DNA from: Campylobacterales bacterium
Lineage (GTDB): Bacteria > Campylobacterota > Campylobacteria > Campylobacterales > QNZT01
DNA length: 43,755 bases
Direction: 5' to 3'
NCBI GenBank assembly: GCA_026994915.1
Contig: JALWPY010000155.1
Coordinates: 1-43,755, forward strand
In this document: one piece after another, positions 35,582 through 43,755 of the stretch
Numbering within the stretch: position 1 is the first letter of the stretch
Layout of the letters: every line of letters begins with the position of its first letter
The notes under the pieces: model-generated
Seen by the model: the letters and a program-made list of their open reading frames with translations, nothing else
Database searches by the model: none
What the model was told of the DNA's origin: nothing
Program-made: the position numbers and the translations under genes

Positions 35582-37643
35582 CTTTCTCTGGCACATGCAC
35601 CAACCCTACTACCGGGACGATCTCAGCTGTGAGATCGTGATGCCGTGGGTCTTTTTGCATGCGATCAAAGACTACTACGACATGCCCTGGTATCTTTCGC
35701 AGGTACCGGGGGTCAAAGCGACGTTCAATCTGGTTCCCTCGCTGCTGATCCAGCTTCGGGCCTATGAAGAGTTCGAGGTGCGGGACAAGCTGCTGATCGC
35801 TTTGCGTAAAGAGATCAAAGATATGAGAGAGGAGCAGAAGCGCTATCTGGCGGAGCATCTCTTCTATGCCAATGTCGAACAGATGATCAAACCGCTGCCG
35901 CGCTACTTCGCACTCTATGAAAAGATGACGGCACTCGGAAGCAGCGATGAGGTGGCGGAAAGTTTCAGCGATCAGGAGTTTCTCGATCTGGAGGTGCTCT
36001 ACCTGCTTGCATGGTGCGGTATCTATCTGAGAGAGCACAACAGCGTCGTCAAAACGTTGTTGGCCAAAGGGGCGGGATTTGTGCATAAGGAGAAGATCGA
36101 GCTGCTCAAAAGCCTCAGCCAATTTATCAAAACAATCATCCCCTTTTATAAAAAGCTGATGGAGGAGGGACGGATCGAAGTCTCTACGACGCCCTTCAAC
36201 CATCCCATCTCTCCCTTGCTGCTCAATATCCAAAACGGTAAAAAGGCGAACCCCTCGACTGTGATACCCGACGTGGAGGGGGACCTGAGCGGTGATGCGG
36301 TGATCCAGACCGAGCGGGCGATCACCTACTACGAGAAGCTCTTTGGCAGGAAGCCGACGGGATTCTGGCCGGCGGAGGGTGCGGTGAGCTACGACTTTCT
36401 CAGGATCATCGCCGATCGCGGCGTGCAGTGGGCGGCGAGTGACGAAGAGATCCTCTACAAGACACTCAAAAAGCATGAAAAGCAGGCGATCTACCGCAGA
36501 AACCGCCTCGTTTTCGACAGCGACGGAGAGGAGAGTATCGCGCTCTTTTTCAGAGATCATGCGCTGAGCGATCTGATCGGTTTCACCTACAGCGGCTGGG
36601 AGGTGGAGCAGGCGGTGGAGGATTTCATCGGCAGGATCGAGGCGATCCATAGGGAGAGTGAGACCGATGCGATCGTCAATGTCATCCTCGACGGCGAAAA
36701 TGCATGGGAGTACTACCCCAACAATGCGTATGACTTTTTCCGGTTGCTCTACACGCGGCTTGCTGCACTGCCGTGGTGTGATACGGCGATGATGGGTGAG
36801 AGTGCCGTCAACACCCATGTGCCCGAGACGAAGCTGACCGATCTGGCGCCCGGGAGCTGGATTGGTGGGAATTTCAATATCTGGATCGGCCATCCGGAAA
36901 AGAACCGCGCATGGGAGCTCATCTACCGTACCCGCGCCGATTACGAGAAGCGCAAAGGAGTGCTGGATGAAGCGACGCGTAAACAGATACTCAAAGAGTT
37001 TCTCATCGCCGAGAGCAGTGACTGGTTCTGGTGGTACGGCGACGACCACCATACAGCCGAGATGGGAACATTCGACGCGCTCTTTCGCAAACATCTGATC
37101 AATGTCTATCATCTGATGGGAGCGACCCCTCCCGAAGATCTCTTCGTGCCGATCGCCAGAGAGGAGGAGAAAGAGGAGCGCTTCCTCAAGGAGCCGACAG
37201 CCATATTGACGCCGCGTATCGACGGGCGTGTCGATGACTACTTCGAGTGGCTCGGTGCGGGTGAGATGGATCTGGAGCAGGAGCTCTCCGCGATGAATAT
37301 GGAGGATTTCTGGATTCGGAAGCTGCGCTTTGGTTGGGATGATAACTACTGCTACTTTGCGATGCATGGAGATATGGCAAAGCTTCTGGAGAAGGGCGAG
37401 ATCGTGCTGCAGACCTCTGAGCAGCGCTATCGCTTCGCGATCAGTGAGACTCCGGTGGAAGAGGAGGGCTTTTTGATGCAAAGTGGTGAGATTATCGAAC
37501 TGAGGGTGCCGAAAATGCCGATATACAAGGAGGAGATCCGTTTCACGCTGATGATCGACGGAAAGATCGCGCAGCAAATACCGCTCTACTCGAAGATTGG
37601 GTTGGCGAAGATGGATCATCTGGATAAATATTGGTTTGTATAG
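35562..37643 (+). CDS. GH57 glycoside hydrolase, amylopullulanase/alpha-amylase-like subgroup (candidate debranching or amylolytic enzyme)
   Basis: GTG start overlapping the upstream gene by 20 nt. GH57 regions WHMHQPYY, GRIEVSTTPFNHP, FWPAEGA, ILDGENAWEY and AESSDWFWWYG are present. Confidence 0.85.
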   Translation: MKKTTVNFLWHMHQPYYRDDLSCEIVMPWVFLHAIKDYYDMPWYLSQVPGVKATFNLVPSLLIQLRAYEEFEVRDKLLIALRKEIKDMREEQKRYLAEHLFYANVEQMIKPLPRYFALYEKMTALGSSDEVAESFSDQEFLDLEVLYLLAWCGIYLREHNSVVKTLLAKGAGFVHKEKIELLKSLSQFIKTIIPFYKKLMEEGRIEVSTTPFNHPISPLLLNIQNGKKANPSTVIPDVEGDLSGDAVIQTERAITYYEKLFGRKPTGFWPAEGAVSYDFLRIIADRGVQWAASDEEILYKTLKKHEKQAIYRRNRLVFDSDGEESIALFFRDHALSDLIGFTYSGWEVEQAVEDFIGRIEAIHRESETDAIVNVILDGENAWEYYPNNAYDFFRLLYTRLAALPWCDTAMMGESAVNTHVPETKLTDLAPGSWIGGNFNIWIGHPEKNRAWELIYRTRADYEKRKGVLDEATRKQILKEFLIAESSDWFWWYGDDHHTAEMGTFDALFRKHLINVYHLMGATPPEDLFVPIAREEEKEERFLKEPTAILTPRIDGRVDDYFEWLGAGEMDLEQELSAMNMEDFWIRKLRFGWDDNYCYFAMHGDMAKLLEKGEIVLQTSEQRYRFAISETPVEEEGFLMQSGEIIELRVPKMPIYKEEIRFTLMIDGKIAQQIPLYSKIGLAKMDHLDKYWFV

Positions 37644-37661
37644 AAAGTAAATTTGGAAGAA

Positions 37662-37747
37662 GAGGTTGCTTGTTTGTAAGTGCGACGAGAGGCTCAGACC
37701 AACGGGAGGATTTGCCCTCGGAGGAGTGCTTACAAACAAGCAACCTC
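37662..37747 (+). repeat. 86-nt hairpin element with a perfect 19-bp inverted repeat (GAGGTTGCTTGTTTGTAAG / CTTACAAACAAGCAACCTC) enclosing a 48-nt partly self-paired insert
   Basis: Read directly from the sequence. Arms are at 37662-37680 and 37729-37747, in the 148-bp spacer between the two GH57 genes. The inner sub-stem 37686-37693 / 37714-37720 has one bulge. Confidence 0.85.
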
Positions 37748-37791
37748 GCTGTTTCTAAGTACGAATAACCCTCTTTCAAAAAAGGAAAAAC

Positions 37792-39843
37792 ATGCAAAAA
37801 ACCGCACTGCTTCTGGGACTGCACTGCCACCAGCCGGTGGATAACTTTCATGAAGTGCTTGACGAGGCGATCGAGAAGTCCTATCTGCCCTTTTTCGAAG
37901 TGGCGGAGGGGTATCCGGAGTTTATATTCAGCGTACACTACAGTGGCTGGCTGCTGGAGTATATCCGCGATCATGCGCCCAAACTCTTCGCACTGATGCA
38001 AAAACTGGCCGAAAGAGGGCAGGTGGAGTTTCTGACCGGGGGCTTTTACGAACCGATTCTGGCGTCGATTCCCTCACGTGACAGGCGTGCGCAGATCGAC
38101 AAACTGAGTGATTTCATCGAAACGTACTTCTCTCAGCGTCCGACCGGGCTCTGGCTGACGGAGCGCGTCTGGGACGGGGCGATCGCCAGAGATCTCGTCA
38201 AGTGTGGGATCGAGTATGTGGTGGTGGATGACTACCACTTCATCAGCAGCGGGTTCGATGTCGAAAATCTCAACGGCTATTTCCTGACCGAAGAGGGAGG
38301 CAAACGTCTCAAACTCTTCCCAATCAACAAACATCTGCGCTATCAGATCCCGTTTGCGCCTGAGAGAGAGCCGGTGGCTTATCTGGAAGAGATCGCCGAC
38401 GAGCAGTTGTGTGCGGGCGTGATCTTCGACGACGGAGAGAAGTTCGGTATCTGGCCCCAGACACATGAATGGGTCTATGAAAAGGGGTGGCTGAAGCGCT
38501 TCATCGAAGCGGTGCTCGAGAGTAACAAGATCGAGACGATGCAGTACCGGGAATATCTGAAACGCGCCCGGCCGATTTCGCTGGCCTATCTGCCCACCAC
38601 CTCCTATTTTGAGATGGGAGAGTGGTCGCTTCGGGCGGAAGATGCGGTGAAGCTGGAGAAGATCAGAGAGTCGCTTGCCGGAAGCTTTTCGACCGAAGAG
38701 ATCGAGAAGTTCGTCAAAGGCTCCATCTGGAAAAACTTCCTGGTCAAATACTACGAATCGAACCAGATTCACAAGCGCATGCTCTCCCTCTCACACAATC
38801 GCAGTGAGAAGAAAGGCTATCTGGAAAATCTCTACAAAGCACAGTGCAACGACGTTCTCTGGCATGGGGTATTTGGCGGGACCTATCTGCCCAATCTCCG
38901 GGACAATGCCTGGCGCTTCATCATCACGTGTGAAAATATCGCCCATTCCAAAAAGGAGCCGATCCGGGTCGAAGATGCCAACTGTGACGGCTACGAGGAG
39001 ATCAAGTGTGTCAGTGACGATCTGATCTGCGTCTTCGATACCGCTGCAGGCGGTGCGCTGTGTGAACTCGACATCCGCGACAAAGCCTTCAACTTCACCA
39101 ATACTCTGACCCGCTACAACGAAGCCTACCATTCGCATATCCGTGAAGCATGTGCCGGCGAAGGAGCGCGACACGAAGTGCCCAAAGAGGAGGAGGGGAT
39201 CTCGACGATCCACAACGAGGAGATCGAAAATCCGCAGCAGTATCTGCCCTATCTGATCGAGGACTGGTATCTGAAAAACAGTTTTGTCGATCATATCGTC
39301 GATGAGGGGTTTTCTCTGGAAGATTTTCAGAAGTGCCGCTTCCGGGAGTATGGTGATTTTGCCAACCAGCCTTTTACGATCGAAAAAGTCAAAAAGCACG
39401 CATTTACACTCGTGCGTGAGGGTGGTATCTACGAAGAGGGAGAGAAGACCTCCGCTACGTTGCACAAACGTTTTCGTCTTAAAAAGAACCGTATCAAGTT
39501 TCAGATAACGCTCGAAAGTGCCAGAGAGGGACTTTGTTACATGATGGAGCACAACCTGCACTTTGCCCATGCCGATGCGATCCGCATCAACAATACCCCA
39601 TTTTGCGATATGCAGAAGATCAAGGCGCAGCATGCGCTGACCATCGAAGACCCTTATACCGGAAAAAGACTCAACTTTTCGTTCAATATGCCGATGGATA
39701 TCTATATCTGCAAACTCGATACCCTCTCGCAGAGTGAGTCGGGGTTCGACCTGATCAATCAGGGAATCAGTTTCGGCTTCAAATGCAGTGAACCGATGCA
39801 GGGAGAAAAGCTGCAGATAGAGGGCAGCCTGAAGATTGTCTGA
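37792..39843 (+). CDS. GH57 4-alpha-glucanotransferase-like enzyme (Thermococcus-type)
   Basis: GH57 regions HCHQPV, GQVEFLTGGFYEP, LWLTERVWD, FDDGEKFGIWP and AQCNDVLWHG are the pattern I associate with GH57 4-alpha-glucanotransferases; 683 aa. Confidence 0.85.
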   Translation: MQKTALLLGLHCHQPVDNFHEVLDEAIEKSYLPFFEVAEGYPEFIFSVHYSGWLLEYIRDHAPKLFALMQKLAERGQVEFLTGGFYEPILASIPSRDRRAQIDKLSDFIETYFSQRPTGLWLTERVWDGAIARDLVKCGIEYVVVDDYHFISSGFDVENLNGYFLTEEGGKRLKLFPINKHLRYQIPFAPEREPVAYLEEIADEQLCAGVIFDDGEKFGIWPQTHEWVYEKGWLKRFIEAVLESNKIETMQYREYLKRARPISLAYLPTTSYFEMGEWSLRAEDAVKLEKIRESLAGSFSTEEIEKFVKGSIWKNFLVKYYESNQIHKRMLSLSHNRSEKKGYLENLYKAQCNDVLWHGVFGGTYLPNLRDNAWRFIITCENIAHSKKEPIRVEDANCDGYEEIKCVSDDLICVFDTAAGGALCELDIRDKAFNFTNTLTRYNEAYHSHIREACAGEGARHEVPKEEEGISTIHNEEIENPQQYLPYLIEDWYLKNSFVDHIVDEGFSLEDFQKCRFREYGDFANQPFTIEKVKKHAFTLVREGGIYEEGEKTSATLHKRFRLKKNRIKFQITLESAREGLCYMMEHNLHFAHADAIRINNTPFCDMQKIKAQHALTIEDPYTGKRLNFSFNMPMDIYICKLDTLSQSESGFDLINQGISFGFKCSEPMQGEKLQIEGSLKIV

Positions 39844-39880
39844 TAGATATTATGCAGAGATTTGAGAAGGAGAAAATGGC

Positions 39881-41593
39881 ATGAGTTTAGCGCAGATACC
39901 GGGATCAGAGAGTTTCGATCCGCTCTACCGTAAAGAGGTGGCCTATTTTAGCATGGAGTTTGCTGTGCACCAGGCTTTCAAGATCTACTCGGGAGGGCTC
40001 GGTTTTCTGGCCGGTTCGCATATGCGCAGTGCATGGGAACTCAAGCAGAATGTGACCGGAGTGGGGATTTTGTGGTCATACGGCTACTATGACCAGCTCC
40101 GAAACGAAGATCGCACGATGCGCGCTGAGCATATCCGAAAACACTACTACTTTCTGGATGATCCGCATGTGACCGTGACTGTGACGATCAGCGGCAAGCC
40201 GGTATTGGTCAAAGTGCTGCTGCTGCGTTCGGAGCTCTTTCAGTCTGCACCGATGGTGATGCTGACGACCGATATCGCTGAGAATGACTATCTCTCCAGA
40301 ACGATTACCCGGCAACTTTACGACGGCAATACAGAGACACGGATCGCTCAGGAGATCGTGCTGGGTGTCGGCGGGCTCAAAGCACTCGAGGCACTGGGTA
40401 GAAACGTAGAGATCTTCCATATGAACGAGGGACATGCCGTGCCGCTGACGTTCAAACTCTACGAAAAGTATCATGATGTCGAAGAGGTCCGTAAGCGCGT
40501 CGTTTTCACGACCCATACCCCTGAAGCGGCGGGCAATGAAGAGCACAATATCTATCTGCTGCAGAAGCTTGGCTTTTTTGGAGGTCTCGACCTGGAAACC
40601 GTACGCAGGATCACGGGTACGGGAAGCGATATGTTCAGTCTCACCGTCGCCGCACTGAAACTCTCCAAAATCTCCAACGCCGTCTCCAAAATACATGCCG
40701 ATGTCGCCAACGAGATGTGGAAAGAGATGATCGACGGAAAAGAGAAGATCATCCCCATCACCAATGCCCAGAACAAGCGCTACTGGCAGGATCGCGGTCT
40801 GAAGCGGGCACTGGTCGAAAATGCCGACTATGAGGTTGTCTTTCGCAAAAAGCATCTTAAACGTATGCTCTTCAACGTTGTGGCAGATCAGACGGGCAAG
40901 ATGTTCGATCCAGATGTCCTGACGATTGTCTGGGCGAGGCGCTTCGCCGAATACAAGAGACCGGGACTCCTCAAATATGATTTCGAGCGTTTTCTGAAGA
41001 TGGTCAACAACCGGGAGATGCCGGTGCAGATCATCTGGGCAGGCAAACCCTATCCGACCGACGGTACGGCAGTAGGAATCTTCAACGAACTGATCCACCT
41101 CTCGCATGATATCCTCAACATCGCCGTTTTGACAGGGTACGAGCTGGAACTTTCGGGTATCCTCAAGCGCGGCAGCGATGTCTGGCTCAACACACCGCGC
41201 ATGAACAGAGAAGCTTCCGGAACGAGTGGCATGTCCGCCAGTATGAACGGTGCGATCCACTTTTCCATCCCCGACGGCTGGCATCCCGAGTTTGCCATCC
41301 ACGGACACAACGCTTTCACTATCCCTGGATGCGACCCGACACTCCCGCTGCATGAGCAGGACCGACTGGACAATAAAAATATGATGGATGTACTCGAGAA
41401 CGAGATCATTCCTATGTACTATCATGATCAGAAACGATGGGTGTCGATCATCAAAAATGCGATGCAGGAGATCCTGCCCTATTTTGACTCGGCTCGCATG
41501 GTACGGGAGTATTATGAAAAAATGTATGATTTTGATCCCGCTGCACAACGGAGCAGGGAGGAAGAAGTGGTGGTTAGTGGATTTGACAGATAG
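39881..41593 (+). CDS. glgP: Short-form alpha-glucan phosphorylase homolog (GT35) with Ser at the PLP-lysine position
   Basis: GT35 short-family motifs are present: YFSMEFAV, YSGGLGFLAGSH, MNEGHA, FTTHTPEAAGNE, SNAVSKIH, WARRFAEYKRP, EASGTSGM-S-ASMNG and IPDGWHPE. Confidence 0.8.
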   Translation: MSLAQIPGSESFDPLYRKEVAYFSMEFAVHQAFKIYSGGLGFLAGSHMRSAWELKQNVTGVGILWSYGYYDQLRNEDRTMRAEHIRKHYYFLDDPHVTVTVTISGKPVLVKVLLLRSELFQSAPMVMLTTDIAENDYLSRTITRQLYDGNTETRIAQEIVLGVGGLKALEALGRNVEIFHMNEGHAVPLTFKLYEKYHDVEEVRKRVVFTTHTPEAAGNEEHNIYLLQKLGFFGGLDLETVRRITGTGSDMFSLTVAALKLSKISNAVSKIHADVANEMWKEMIDGKEKIIPITNAQNKRYWQDRGLKRALVENADYEVVFRKKHLKRMLFNVVADQTGKMFDPDVLTIVWARRFAEYKRPGLLKYDFERFLKMVNNREMPVQIIWAGKPYPTDGTAVGIFNELIHLSHDILNIAVLTGYELELSGILKRGSDVWLNTPRMNREASGTSGMSASMNGAIHFSIPDGWHPEFAIHGHNAFTIPGCDPTLPLHEQDRLDNKNMMDVLENEIIPMYYHDQKRWVSIIKNAMQEILPYFDSARMVREYYEKMYDFDPAAQRSREEEVVVSGFDR

Positions 41594-41673
41594 ATTCAGC
41601 AGAAAAGGTGCGTATGTTTTTCATAAATCATAAATATAGGAGAGTTCGGTCTTTTTAATGCCATATCGCCAGT

Positions 41674-41784
41674 TTTAGCATGTTTCTATCAAAAAAAATC
41701 TGCAATTTTCCAATGATTTTTATGTGCAATAAATGCCAGAATACCAGCCAGTATAAATGACAGTGCTGCAATAATTTCAAGCAT
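41674..41784 (-). CDS. Candidate 36-aa hydrophobic peptide (MLEIIAALSFILAGILAFIAHKNHWKIADFFLIETC)
   Basis: Hand-translated, since it is below the ORF-track size cutoff. Its ATG overlaps the stop of the upstream 81-aa ORF (AATGCTTGA). One predicted TM helix. No clear SD. Confidence 0.25.
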
Positions 41785-42022
41785 TTTTCAATCCTTTCAA
41801 CTCTGTATGTAAATCTATAAGTTTTAAAATATTGGAGAAAATCGCATAACTCACCACAAAAAATACTAAAATAAGTATCGCTTTCAATGCAACTTCCTCC
41901 AATTTAAATATATAAACCCAACTACCGCCGGCAATAGCCATAAATAAGAGCAGCTTTGTTTTATATATTTCAATCTCTTTTCCTATGATTTCTAACGCTT
42001 TCAAAGTATACCACCTTTTCAC
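41777..42022 (-). CDS. Candidate small two-TM membrane protein (81 aa from GTG; 54 aa if the internal ATG is used)
   Basis: The ORF lies in a strongly AT-rich islet with codon usage unlike the neighbours. Two hydrophobic helices. No convincing RBS. Confidence 0.35.
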   Translation of the reverse strand: MKRWYTLKALEIIGKEIEIYKTKLLLFMAIAGGSWVYIFKLEEVALKAILILVFFVVSYAIFSNILKLIDLHTELKGLKNA

Positions 42023-42058
42023 TTTCGAGGTATTTTAGCACGGATTTAAAAAGGGTCA

Positions 42059-42087
42059 AATAAATATTTCAAATTGAAATATTTATT
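42059..42087. promoter_or_regulatory. 29-bp perfect palindrome (14+1+14: AATAAATATTTCAA A TTGAAATATTTATT), candidate operator
   Basis: Read directly from the sequence. It lies 37-65 bp upstream of the 81-aa minus-strand ORF start. Confidence 0.4.
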
Positions 42088-42222
42088 ACTTTTATGAAGA
42101 CTTGCAGGGGTGCGAGAATCCCGCCGGATAAGATTTGTGTTTTTATGTGGTTAGGTATATGAAAGGTGCGTGAATTCGGGTAACATAAGAAAATCTTGAT
42201 CGTGGTAATGTCGCTTTGCCGG

Positions 42223-43755
42223 CTACAGCAACGCTTTCAACGCTTTCAAACTTTTCGTATTCAACACATCTTCCTTCTCCAGCCATCCGCGTCTTGCCTG
42301 GTAGATGCCGTAGCGCATGTATTCGAGCTGACCGCTTGCGTGGGCGTCGGTGTTGATTGCCAGCATGACGCCCGCCTCTTTAGCCTCTTTGATGAGTATG
42401 TCGTTCAGGTCGAGGCGTTCGGGTTGGGCGTTGATCTCGAGAAATTTTCCCTCCTCTTTGATCGCATGAAAGATCTCCTGCATATCCAGTTCGAGCGCTT
42501 CACGTTTGCCGATGAGTCTGCCGGTGGGGTGGGCGATCCCTTTGATGTGCGGGTTTTGGATCGCTTTGAGGAGGCGTTTGGTCTGGGCTTTGCGCGAGAG
42601 TTTGAACTTCGAGTGGATCGCTCCAAGCGCGATGTCGAGTTGCCCGAGCACTTCATCCTCCATCGCAAGAGTGCCATCTTCGAGGATATCGACCTCTATC
42701 CCTTTGAAGATATGGATGTTGTCGTAGCGCTCATTTAGGGTGTCGATTTCCTTGAGATAGGTGAGTGCTTTTTTACGGTCGAGCCCTTTGACGACTGCAA
42801 GGGTCGCACTGTGGTCGGTGACGGCGATATATTTGTAGTGCAGTTCGAGGGCTTTTTGGACCATCGCTTCGATGCTTTCCATGCCGTCGCTGTAGGTGGT
42901 GTGCATGTGCAGGTCGCCCCGGATATCTTCCGGTGCGATGAGGTGTGGCAGTCTGTTTTCACGTGCCGCTTCGATCTCGCCTCTGTTTTCGCGCAGCTCC
43001 GGTTCGATGTAGTGCAGTCCGACCGCGGCGTACACCTCCTCTTCACTTTTGCCGGCGATCGTTTTCTCCCCTTTGAAGACGCCGTATTCGTTGATCTTAA
43101 GCCCCATATCTACAGCGATCTTACGCAGGGCGATGGAGTGGCTTTTGGAGCCGGTGAAGTACTGGAGTGCGGAACCGTAGCTCTCCTGTTCGACGACACG
43201 CAGATCGACTTGCAGGGCGTTTTGGAGGATGACGGTGGAGCGTGTCGTGCCGGCACTGATCACTTTGATCACCTTGTCGAAGGCGATGAAGTAGTCGATC
43301 ACCTTTTCGGGTTCGTCGGCGGTGCAGAGGATGTCGAGATCGCCGACTGTCTCCTTGCGCCTGCGAAAACTTCCGGCAACGTCGACGGTGTGCAGACCGG
43401 GTGCTTTTTGTAGATAGGCTTTGAGATCATTGGCGTAGGCCTCCGCTTCGGCGAAGAGAAAGCGGATTCCCTCCTGTTTGAGCAGGTGCATCCCTTTGAG
43501 GATATTCTCTTCCGTTTTGGGGCCGAAACCGGGGAGTTGGCGGATCTTGTGCTCTTCGGCCGCTTTTTTGAGCGCTTCGGGATCGGTGATATGGAGCTTC
43601 TCCCAGAGGAGTTTGACCCGTTTGGGCCCCAGCCCTTCGATCGAGAGCATCGCCCTGAGTGAGTCGGGCACCTCTTTGCGCACCTCTTCGAGTTTGGAGA
43701 GCTTGCCGGTACGGACGATCTCGATGATCTTTTCGGAGAGCTCTTCGCCGATGCC
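42223..43755 (-). CDS. polX: DNA polymerase X family protein with C-terminal PHP domain (5' end outside the window)
   Basis: HhH motifs (LSIEGLGPKRVKLL, LPGFGPKTEENI), Pol-beta-like core (GSFRRRKETVGDLDIL...YFTGSKSHSIALR) and PHP domain (GDLHMHTTYSDG...AVTDHS...INTDAH) are present. The reading frame stays open to the window edge. Confidence 0.9.
   Translation of the reverse strand, partial: GIGEELSEKIIEIVRTGKLSKLEEVRKEVPDSLRAMLSIEGLGPKRVKLLWEKLHITDPEALKKAAEEHKIRQLPGFGPKTEENILKGMHLLKQEGIRFLFAEAEAYANDLKAYLQKAPGLHTVDVAGSFRRRKETVGDLDILCTADEPEKVIDYFIAFDKVIKVISAGTTRSTVILQNALQVDLRVVEQESYGSALQYFTGSKSHSIALRKIAVDMGLKINEYGVFKGEKTIAGKSEEEVYAAVGLHYIEPELRENRGEIEAARENRLPHLIAPEDIRGDLHMHTTYSDGMESIEAMVQKALELHYKYIAVTDHSATLAVVKGLDRKKALTYLKEIDTLNERYDNIHIFKGIEVDILEDGTLAMEDEVLGQLDIALGAIHSKFKLSRKAQTKRLLKAIQNPHIKGIAHPTGRLIGKREALELDMQEIFHAIKEEGKFLEINAQPERLDLNDILIKEAKEAGVMLAINTDAHASGQLEYMRYGIYQARRGWLEKEDVLNTKSLKALKALL

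Noticed and set aside
35415-37739. Very long antisense ORFs opposite well-supported genes. The largest is 774 aa opposite the GH57 gene. Others are 3748-5079, 5925-7001, 7556-8428, 11507-12961, 22803-23816, 29487-30311, 31702-32715 and 40076-41548.
   Set aside because: For the five I checked (opposite pgm, pta, ackA, pelF and GH57), the antisense ORF is in the codon-aligned frame: its start coordinate has the same value mod 3 as the sense gene. That is the expected artefact when the sense gene avoids TTA/CTA/TCA codons. The translations are R/L/H/D-rich with no recognisable motifs, and none has a convincing RBS. The sense genes explain the sequence fully.
42231-42248. Tandem 9-bp repeat ACGCTTTCA x2 near the 3' end of polX.
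   Set aside because: It lies inside coding sequence and simply encodes the repeated LKALKAL C-terminus. Two copies only, with no sign of a VNTR or an element.
1-43755. Screen for CRISPR arrays, tRNA/rRNA genes, IS elements, integrases, phage genes and known defence-system genes.
   Set aside because: None found. Intergenic regions are short (at most ~230 bp, except the 630-bp AT-rich islet). They contain no cloverleaf-like or regularly spaced repeat structures, and no ORF resembles a transposase, recombinase or nuclease-type defence protein.

Overview
The window is 43.8 kb of bacterial chromosome with about 33 protein genes and no rRNA, tRNA, CRISPR array, transposase or integrase that I could find. 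All calls come from reading the ORF translations for conserved motifs and from manual start-codon and RBS inspection. No database search was run, so family names are recognition-level calls. The taxon is not determinable here; gene content loosely suggests a chemolithotrophic Campylobacterota-like organism, which is a low-confidence guess.

The window falls into four blocks:
1. 1-3532, mostly minus strand. It holds a decayed oleate-hydratase fragment, a NifU-like gene and a small envelope/acid-stress-like module (HdeD-like, YflT/general-stress-17M-like membrane protein, YfdX-like periplasmic protein).
2. 3775-8758. pgm, then translationally coupled pta-ackA.
3. 8849-22051. A complete Pel-type exopolysaccharide locus in non-canonical order (pelC-D-E-F-G, free GH114 hydrolase, split pelB, hydrolase-less pelA-like deacetylase). 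It is followed by a second YflT-like paralog on the minus strand.
4. 22791-41593. A 10-gene same-strand alpha-glucan (glycogen) supercluster: GH15 / phosphorylase-kinase alpha-beta-like giant protein, glk, galT-like, two glgA, glgB, an NDP-sugar pyrophosphorylase fused to a PGM-like domain, two GH57 enzymes and a short GT35 phosphorylase.

The window ends with an AT-rich islet carrying two tiny overlapping membrane ORFs and a 3'-partial polX.

The most interesting signals:
- The glycogen cluster carries apparently degenerate or regulatory-looking enzyme homologs. The PGM-like domain has lost its metal and phosphate loops. The GT35 phosphorylase has Ser where the PLP-binding Lys should be. There is a full-length homolog of eukaryotic phosphorylase kinase alpha/beta.
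- In the Pel locus both multidomain periplasmic proteins are split, and the PelB TPR-porin carries an N-terminal SPOR-like domain.
- An 86-nt perfect-stem hairpin lies between the two GH57 genes.

I did not find an unambiguous entirely new system. These are variants and anomalies worth checking.
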